The notes under the pieces: generated by a model
Database searches by the model: none
Seen by the model: only the letters and a program-made list of their open reading frames with translations
Told to the model about the DNA's origin: nothing
DNA from: Planctomycetales bacterium
GTDB lineage: Bacteria > 4484-113 > JAFGCY01
Assembly (NCBI GenBank): GCA_022646745.1
Contig: CP060262.1
Location: 1,680,001-1,712,000, forward strand
Direction: 5' to 3'
Length of the DNA: 32,000 bases
Shown here: positions 26,955 through 32,000 of the stretch, one piece after another
Layout of the letters: every line of letters starts with the position of its first letter
How positions within the stretch are numbered: the first letter of the stretch is position 1
Made by a program: the position numbers and the translations under genes

Positions 26955-27791
26955 ATGGCAATGCAGTTCCCCATCGCGCTCTACACCACGATGCTCGACA
27001 CCGAGCATTCCCGGCTCGGCCACCTCTGGCACCGTGCGAAGAACAGCCAGCCGCCGGACTGGTACGGCCAGCCCTGGCCTGAGCTGGACAGGGTGTTCGT
27101 GGAGCAGAGCGTGGTGCACCGCGTCGGCACTCATGAGTTCAGCATCGCCAGTGAGAAGCACAAGCGGAAGTCGGCGGGGATCCTCTCAAGTGTACTGCGC
27201 AGCTTCGGCGTGCTGGACTTCCAGATGGAGCGGCTGCGCAGCCGCAGCTTTGTTGCCAAAGTGAAGTTGCACGACTACGTACGGCCGACGCTGTCACTGG
27301 CGGCCCTCTCACGCCTGCTGGGCTACACGGTGCCGCCGACATACGCGGGCGGGCACTGGTTCGCCTGCCATGCCCAGCACCAGGCCACCAGCGGCTCGCT
27401 GGAACTGGCCTACGACCGCTCGGATGGCTACGACCTGGCCGCCGAACTGGAGGCCAGAGGAAACTCTGGCAACACTGCCCTGCCTGGTGCACGAGGGAAT
27501 AATGGAGGTGCGATCACGCAAGGCGTGAATGTCGCACAAGCGGAGCGCGTAGCGGACTCCGGCGATGAGCCGGAGGCAGCTGCGCAGTACTCCCCATCCC
27601 CCATCCCACATCCCGCGTCCCCCGCGGGTAGCCTGCACCTGGAGGACCAGTCCTCCGGCCTGCAGCTCTTCTCCTTCCGCGCCTCCAGGCCACTTGTCTT
27701 CGGCGTCAGCCTGCAGCACATCTGGGAGAAGGACGGCAAGCTCGCATCATTCGGCAACAAGCACGAGGACCTGGAATATGCGGGGAGCTGA
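26955..27791 (+). CDS. Hypothetical protein, translationally coupled to the hydrolase gene
   Basis: The ATG at 26955 lies 2 nt after the upstream TAG (26950-26952), with GAGG at 26943-26946. 278 aa, no TM segment, no signal peptide and no recognised motif. It contains an in-frame copy of the CATCCC-type repeat (27592-27628), so the extent of the real gene is somewhat uncertain. Confidence 0.55.
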   Translation: MAMQFPIALYTTMLDTEHSRLGHLWHRAKNSQPPDWYGQPWPELDRVFVEQSVVHRVGTHEFSIASEKHKRKSAGILSSVLRSFGVLDFQMERLRSRSFVAKVKLHDYVRPTLSLAALSRLLGYTVPPTYAGGHWFACHAQHQATSGSLELAYDRSDGYDLAAELEARGNSGNTALPGARGNNGGAITQGVNVAQAERVADSGDEPEAAAQYSPSPIPHPASPAGSLHLEDQSSGLQLFSFRASRPLVFGVSLQHIWEKDGKLASFGNKHEDLEYAGS

Positions 27792-27797
27792 GTAAGT

Positions 27798-27818
27798 AGC
27801 CCGGCTACAAGCCGGGCT
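27798..27818 (+). terminator. GC-rich hairpin after the stop codon (no T-tract)
   Basis: agcccggc-tacaa-gccgggct forms a perfect 8-bp stem starting 7 nt after the TGA at 27789-27791. It is followed by heptamer repeats rather than a U-tract, so intrinsic-terminator function is uncertain. Confidence 0.45.
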
Positions 27819-27819
27819 G

Positions 27820-27848
27820 TCAGTAGTCAGTGGTCAGTGGTCAGTGGC
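27820..27848. repeat. (TCAGTGG)-type heptamer tandem repeat, third occurrence of this motif class
   Basis: The tract 'tcagtagtcagtggtcagtggtcagtggc' uses the same heptamer as 8021-8044 and, as the complement, 13428-13450. Confidence 0.8.
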
Positions 27849-28073
27849 CAGTTGTCAGATCATGTAGCAGCAGCGCTCCCGCCGCTGATTTGAAAAGTGA
27901 CATCGATGCATCGCCCGTCTTCAACGCCCCACTCGCACTTCATTACCTCCCCGCAGCAGCGTCCCTCCTTCGTTGGACTGAGAACCGCACTACCGCTTCC
28001 CACGCGGGTAAGCACTGAATACACCACATTGGCATCTTGATGAAATATTGATAAATCAATGATGATATCTTGA

Positions 28074-28102
28074 TTGACAACCAGTCGCCGGCCTTGTATA
28101 AG
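28074..28102 (+). promoter_or_regulatory. Near-consensus sigma70-type promoter at the left edge of the AT-rich cassette
   Basis: TTGACA (28074-28079), a 17-nt spacer, then TATAAG (28097-28102). TTGAT/ATCAA repeats lie immediately upstream. It would give a leader of about 230 nt before the ATG at 28336. Confidence 0.55.
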
Positions 28103-28335
28103 TAATGCGAATGCAGTTCTAGTTAGAACAATGACATGTTCTCAGGAGAAGGAAAGCATTCACAAAACGTCGAAACAGATTTGGCTGGTATAGTGTCAAG
28201 GCTTCGTAAGTTGATTTCAAATTTACTTGTCGTACTCTCTGAGTTTCATTGCATGATACTAGGTAATGTTGATACTCAATGTTCTTAGATACTCTAAAGA
28301 ACATAGTGATCGCAAGTCATTCTCTAGGAGAAAAC

Positions 28336-30213
28336 ATGTTAGATTACAAATCATTGCTTGAAAAGGCAAGAACAATTTTTCAGATTAATCCAAACAGTGA
28401 TTTGTTTCCGGGAGAAAAATGGTTGTATAATTTTGCATTTGTTATATGTATTTTTACAGGCATTGTAGATATTTATAATTACAGGTATCGCATTTCCATT
28501 GAACTGATCATTTTTTGTATGGTTGGAATATGTTTACTTGTAATAGTAGGGGCCCATGTTATGACATTTAAGACCGATGATGGAGAAGAGTATCAAGCAC
28601 CAGGTGGTTTTACAGTTTATAGAAATTTAAGAGATAGAAATCCTAAGTTAAGGTCAATTACTGATTTTGCTAAATTACCTGAGGTTCATTACAATATTTT
28701 AAAACTCTTTCCAGTGCAGCAATTGATTTTAATGAGATTGATGTCACTTTGTGGTTTGTCAATTATCAGTCTAGTCACTGGTGTTTATATCAACGCACTG
28801 TTTATTTCGGAGGATTCAATAGTATATAAGCATATACTTTCTTTAAAAAAGCAAACACACATTCTTGATTATTTAAAGAGTAAGGAAATTGCTGCTGATT
28901 TACAACAATGCATTGTTCAATTAGAAGAGTTAGAAGATGAAGAATCCGACAAGAGTGTGAGTGAGGATCAAAATATTGGCGAGTCAAACATTGTGAAATC
29001 GTGCATGAAACATTTTACTGGCATTGTTGATAATCAGTATGAATATCAACTAATTGAATATGCAACTATTGATAGATTCTTAAAATTATTCATGAACACA
29101 CGTTTTGCTATTTTGATTCGTGATTATGAAACAAATTCTACAGGATCAGATAATCATACTGAAATATTGAAGCTACAAGATGCATGGGATATTTATTGCA
29201 AGGATTGTGTGTTTTGTATTGAAAGACTCAATGAAATCAGAAAGGGAAGTACAAGTACAGAAGACGAATACGGTAGAAGTGTTTACTTAATGTCTGAAAT
29301 AAGTATTGCCATTCTAGAAATTTGGAGTGAAAACACTAAGAAACTGTGTACTTTTCAGTTGAAAGATGATAACAGCAAGAAAGTCATATTTTCCAAGAGT
29401 CTTTATCAAGTTCTTAATGAACGAATTGATCCAGATCAATTGAATCGACAACAATACATTGATTGGGTAAATAGACAGTCAATGATTCTTACTTATATGG
29501 CTTATATGGATAATGACATTGGGATAAGTCCAACGGATCCGAGTAAACTGAAAGAAGCATATGAACTCAGTCATAATGCATTTCTCTCAAATTCCCTGAG
29601 TTTTAAGTGTGTAGTTGGACATGCGAGAAACACTCAACTTCTATTTCGATATGCATATAATGACAGCTTGGATTTAAAAGAATTGTCGTCTATATATGAT
29701 AACATGGTGATCAATCGTTCACAATGGGGCATAGTTCCTGGTAGTCTTTATGAGGAACATTACAATAGTAATTTACTTAGTGTTGGCTTGGTATATATTA
29801 TTCGAGAATTAGAAAAAGTGGACTTTGATGTGAGTAGACTAACTAATAAGCAAAAAAACAAATTGGTAGATGTTTCGAATACAATTGCGTCTTGTAATAA
29901 AAGATTAAGAATGCTGAACATTCAAGATGAGTTGTCGGAATGGGAATGGGATTTTATGGCATCACATTTAGAAGTATGTATAGGCAACTATCTGCTCTCA
30001 GAAGATCCCAAGGCTGTTACTGCGAATAGGAATAGTGTAACCTATCAGTTTAACTCATTAATGTTAAAAACAGAAAATTTAGAACAGATTGATGCAATAC
30101 GACTAAATGTGTTGGAAGTTTATCTGATGAATGATGATTTGTTTGAGGAGTTGACAAAATCTTTGCAATTGAGAAAATCTGAACTGAATTCAAAGGAGAC
30201 TTCAGTAGAATAA
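28336..30213 (+). CDS. Membrane-anchored orphan protein (3-4 N-terminal TM helices + about 430-aa helical soluble domain), unknown family, horizontally acquired
   Basis: The track ORF starts at 28279. The ATG at 28336 is preferred because AGGAG (28326-28330) sits 5 nt upstream, and 28279-28304 forms an 8-bp inverted repeat. G+C is about 27-30% in sampled lines. TM segments: 'WLYNFAFVICIFTGIVDIY', 'IELIIFCMVGICLLVIVGAHVM', 'LILMRLMSLCGLSIISLVTGVYINALFI'. I recognise no catalytic motif. Confidence 0.8.
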   Translation: MLDYKSLLEKARTIFQINPNSDLFPGEKWLYNFAFVICIFTGIVDIYNYRYRISIELIIFCMVGICLLVIVGAHVMTFKTDDGEEYQAPGGFTVYRNLRDRNPKLRSITDFAKLPEVHYNILKLFPVQQLILMRLMSLCGLSIISLVTGVYINALFISEDSIVYKHILSLKKQTHILDYLKSKEIAADLQQCIVQLEELEDEESDKSVSEDQNIGESNIVKSCMKHFTGIVDNQYEYQLIEYATIDRFLKLFMNTRFAILIRDYETNSTGSDNHTEILKLQDAWDIYCKDCVFCIERLNEIRKGSTSTEDEYGRSVYLMSEISIAILEIWSENTKKLCTFQLKDDNSKKVIFSKSLYQVLNERIDPDQLNRQQYIDWVNRQSMILTYMAYMDNDIGISPTDPSKLKEAYELSHNAFLSNSLSFKCVVGHARNTQLLFRYAYNDSLDLKELSSIYDNMVINRSQWGIVPGSLYEEHYNSNLLSVGLVYIIRELEKVDFDVSRLTNKQKNKLVDVSNTIASCNKRLRMLNIQDELSEWEWDFMASHLEVCIGNYLLSEDPKAVTANRNSVTYQFNSLMLKTENLEQIDAIRLNVLEVYLMNDDLFEELTKSLQLRKSELNSKETSVE

Positions 30214-30368
30214 AAGCCAATGGATTGTTTTATCTGGAATGTTACCTGAACAATTAATAACGTAAAAGTGACATAAAGAAATTAGGTAATAATTGTACGG
30301 TGATGGTAATCACCTGACACTTGCCCCTCCGGCGGGGTTTTCAGTCTAGGCTGTATTCCGCTTCTTTG

Positions 30369-30577
30369 TCACCCCCTTTTTCGTCTCCTTTGGAACCCTT
30401 CCGTGAACACCGCGTAGGGTGTCCTGCCGTCCTTGCCTCGGCCCTGTTGAGGGCGCCTGGTGTTGTAGTGCACCAGATAGGCATTCAGTCCTCCTGCATT
30501 TCCGCCAAGCTTTCGTAGAACTTCTGGCATACATCTTCCGGAAGTGCTTGGCCATCAAAGAACGATGCAGTCGCTAT
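30369..30577 (-). pseudogene. C-terminal remnant of an IS481-type (rve/DDE integrase-core) transposase, 5'-truncated and frameshifted
   Basis: The minus-strand translation gives '...FFDGQALPEDVCQKFYESLAEMQED' and then an in-frame TGA (30485-30487). The homology continues in another frame from 30488 as 'LNAYLVHYNTRRPQQGRGKDGRTPYAVFTEGF...' to the stop at 30369-30371. The 'YN..RPHQ-like...GRTP' tail is the classic end of rve-domain transposases. This is a GC-rich patch inside AT-rich DNA. A possible element terminus (TG...) lies near 30315. Confidence 0.7.
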
Positions 30578-30633
30578 GGAATTGATCATTAGAAGCAAAA
30601 GACAAGGGCGTATGTCAATGTATAATTTTGAGA

Positions 30634-31131
30634 ATGAGTCAAAGCGAGGAAGAGCTGCGTGACGAATATTGCAAAGCAATTGGCATGCTCGTCGTTGCAT
30701 TCAATGATTTGGAAGTGGATTTGAAATGGCAGAGCACCTTCTTGATTCCAGGCGTTGAGCTGAGTGAGGACATAGAGGAGATTAGAATCTTCTCTCGCTT
30801 GATGATGGGGCACTTGTCTTTTTCCCAAGTTCTGGAGATGTATAAGACCTTACTCAAGAGGGTGTTCGACCAGACTGAACATAGAGAAATCGCAGCACAC
30901 GTTAAGAGCCTAGACGATATTCGTGAGCGTCGAAACTTCTTCGTACATGCGAATTTCGCTGTCAGAAGGATTACAACTGGCCCTCCCGTACTATTGAAGT
31001 ATCAGAGATTCAGGGAGGAGTTTCGCATGGAAGATGTTGACGTAGCTGCGATCTATGACCTGATAGCTGAAATACAGGATGCTGCGAGTGCATGCCAGAC
31101 CTTTTGCGGCAAAGCCATAATGTTGAAATGA
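30634..31131 (+). CDS. Small HEPN-like protein (putative RNase; R-x4-H motif)
   Basis: 165 aa counted from the ATG at 30634 (the track uses TTG at 30628). All-helical character. 'LDDIRERRNFFVHANF' contains RN-x3-H (R at 30931-30933, H at 30946-30948), the HEPN signature. G+C is intermediate, about 45-50% in sampled lines. Confidence 0.55.
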   Translation: MSQSEEELRDEYCKAIGMLVVAFNDLEVDLKWQSTFLIPGVELSEDIEEIRIFSRLMMGHLSFSQVLEMYKTLLKRVFDQTEHREIAAHVKSLDDIRERRNFFVHANFAVRRITTGPPVLLKYQRFREEFRMEDVDVAAIYDLIAEIQDAASACQTFCGKAIMLK

Positions 31132-31132
31132 G

Positions 31133-32000
31133 CTACCCCAGACCCTTCTCCATCTGTTCCCTGACCACCCCTGCGATCTGGCGGGACTGCGCCATCGCCG
31201 CATCGGCTTCCTCGCGGACCTTCGCGCGGTATTCGCTCTTCTTCGGCATCGAGTTGGTATTGATCAGCACGTTGTAGTATGCGCCTTCCGCGCAGGCCAG
31301 CGCCATCGCGGCTCCAGTGCCTGCATCCGACAGTGCGTTCTGGTTGCCCTTTTCGGCGACTTCGCGGCAGAGTTCCAGGGTTTCCACGCAGCGCTTCAGC
31401 GTTGCCAGCGGTACTTCGGTCACGCCGACGGTCGCCTGCTTGATCGCGGCTGAGCGCGCCTTCTGCTCCTCGTCAGTGTTCTTCGGCATGCCGAAGGTGT
31501 CCATCAGGATGTTGAATGCCGCGGTGTCATCGTCAATCGCGCGCAGGTATTCATCCTTCAGCTGCTGCGCCCGCGTTGCGATCCGGTTCATGTCCTTCTT
31601 CACCGGCGCATAGCCCGGCTTGCCGACCGTCAGGTTCGGCACCATCGCTGCAAGACCCGCCGCCAATGCGCCGGCCAGGGCGGCCACCGAGCCACCACCG
31701 GGGGCCGGGCTGACAGAGGCCAGCTCCTCCACGAAGTCCGTCACGCTCATCTTTGCCAGCGGCCGCACACTGTCGTCAATCGCATACTCCACGATGCGTT
31801 TCTGCGGATCGAACTCGCCCAGCTCAGTCAGGCCCAGCGTCTGGATGGCAACGCGCACCAGCTCGCGCTCACTCACCCCGGTGCAGACCTTCTTCTGCTT
31901 CCTGAGGAAATGCCGCCCGGCATCCGTCAGCGCGGACAGCGGGATCAGCCCGACCAGCTCACTGCCGGTCACCCTGAGGCCGTACTCCCGCGCCAGCTCG
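31133..32000 (-). CDS. ftcD: Glutamate formimidoyltransferase / formimidoyltetrahydrofolate cyclodeaminase (C-terminal part; gene continues beyond the window)
   Basis: The cyclodeaminase-domain text 'SVTDFVEELASVSPAPGGGSVAALAGALAAGLAAMV' is preceded by the transferase-domain end 'GSELVGLIPLSAL'. The reading frame stays open upstream of the track start ('ELAREYGLRV...') to the window edge. The stop (cta) is at 31133-31135. Confidence 0.85.
   Translation of the reverse strand, partial: ELAREYGLRVTGSELVGLIPLSALTDAGRHFLRKQKKVCTGVSERELVRVAIQTLGLTELGEFDPQKRIVEYAIDDSVRPLAKMSVTDFVEELASVSPAPGGGSVAALAGALAAGLAAMVPNLTVGKPGYAPVKKDMNRIATRAQQLKDEYLRAIDDDTAAFNILMDTFGMPKNTDEEQKARSAAIKQATVGVTEVPLATLKRCVETLELCREVAEKGNQNALSDAGTGAAMALACAEGAYYNVLINTNSMPKKSEYRAKVREEADAAMAQSRQIAGVVREQMEKGLG

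Noticed and set aside
8021-27848. Possibility that the repeat tracts are CRISPR arrays
   Set aside because: The repeat units are only 6-7 nt and directly tandem, with no unique spacers of 25-40 nt. No cas genes are present in the window.
27860-27943. 27-aa minus-strand small ORF 'MKCEWGVEDGRCIDVTFQISGGSAAAT' preceded by GGGAGG
   Set aside because: The SD-like motif ends only 2 nt from the ATG, the ORF is very short, and nothing supports it from the sequence alone.
27830-28018. 62-aa plus-strand ORF in the GC-rich spacer before the AT-rich cassette
   Set aside because: It begins inside the heptamer repeat, has no RBS and shows no recognisable features. It is probably non-coding or a decayed remnant.
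28119-28304. 61-aa minus-strand ORF in the leader of the AT-rich orphan gene
   Set aside because: It has no RBS and low-information sequence, and it overlaps the inverted repeats of the leader. AT-rich DNA rarely yields chance ORFs of this length, but I see no supporting signal.

Overview
This is a high-GC bacterial chromosomal segment (about 65% G+C in hand-counted sample lines) with a compositionally foreign, mosaic low-GC cassette near its right end. I cannot assign taxonomy from the sequence alone.

Gene content, left to right:
- a 1262-aa secreted TPR/PKD-repeat protein
- a secreted beta-helix (pectate-lyase-fold) protein
- a secreted hypothetical protein
- an NAD(P)-aldehyde dehydrogenase
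- three tandem, translationally coupled paralogs of an unrecognised 8-TM membrane protein family (minus strand)
- two tandem secreted tricorn-like (beta-propeller/PDZ/S41) proteases
- an overlapping GT4 glycosyltransferase / CPBP intramembrane protease / GNAT acetyltransferase operon
- a fused polytopic-membrane/spermidine-synthase-like protein
- an orphan endolysin-like peptidoglycan hydrolase plus a coupled unknown gene
- an approximately 30% GC cassette (about 28.0-31.1 kb): a 625-aa membrane-anchored orphan protein, a frameshifted IS481-type transposase remnant and a small HEPN-like (R-x4-H) protein. It ends 1 nt from the stop codon of a partial ftcD-like gene.

Three things seem most worth follow-up:
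1. The low-GC cassette, a candidate defence or abortive-infection module built from unrecognised parts.
2. The three-paralog membrane-protein array, which has a 41-nt conserved overlap junction.
3. A family of intergenic imperfect palindromes whose arms are mosaics of 6-7 nt tandem repeats. They recur at several operon boundaries.

I found no rRNA, tRNA or CRISPR array. Many long ORFs antisense to real genes are GC-driven artefacts.
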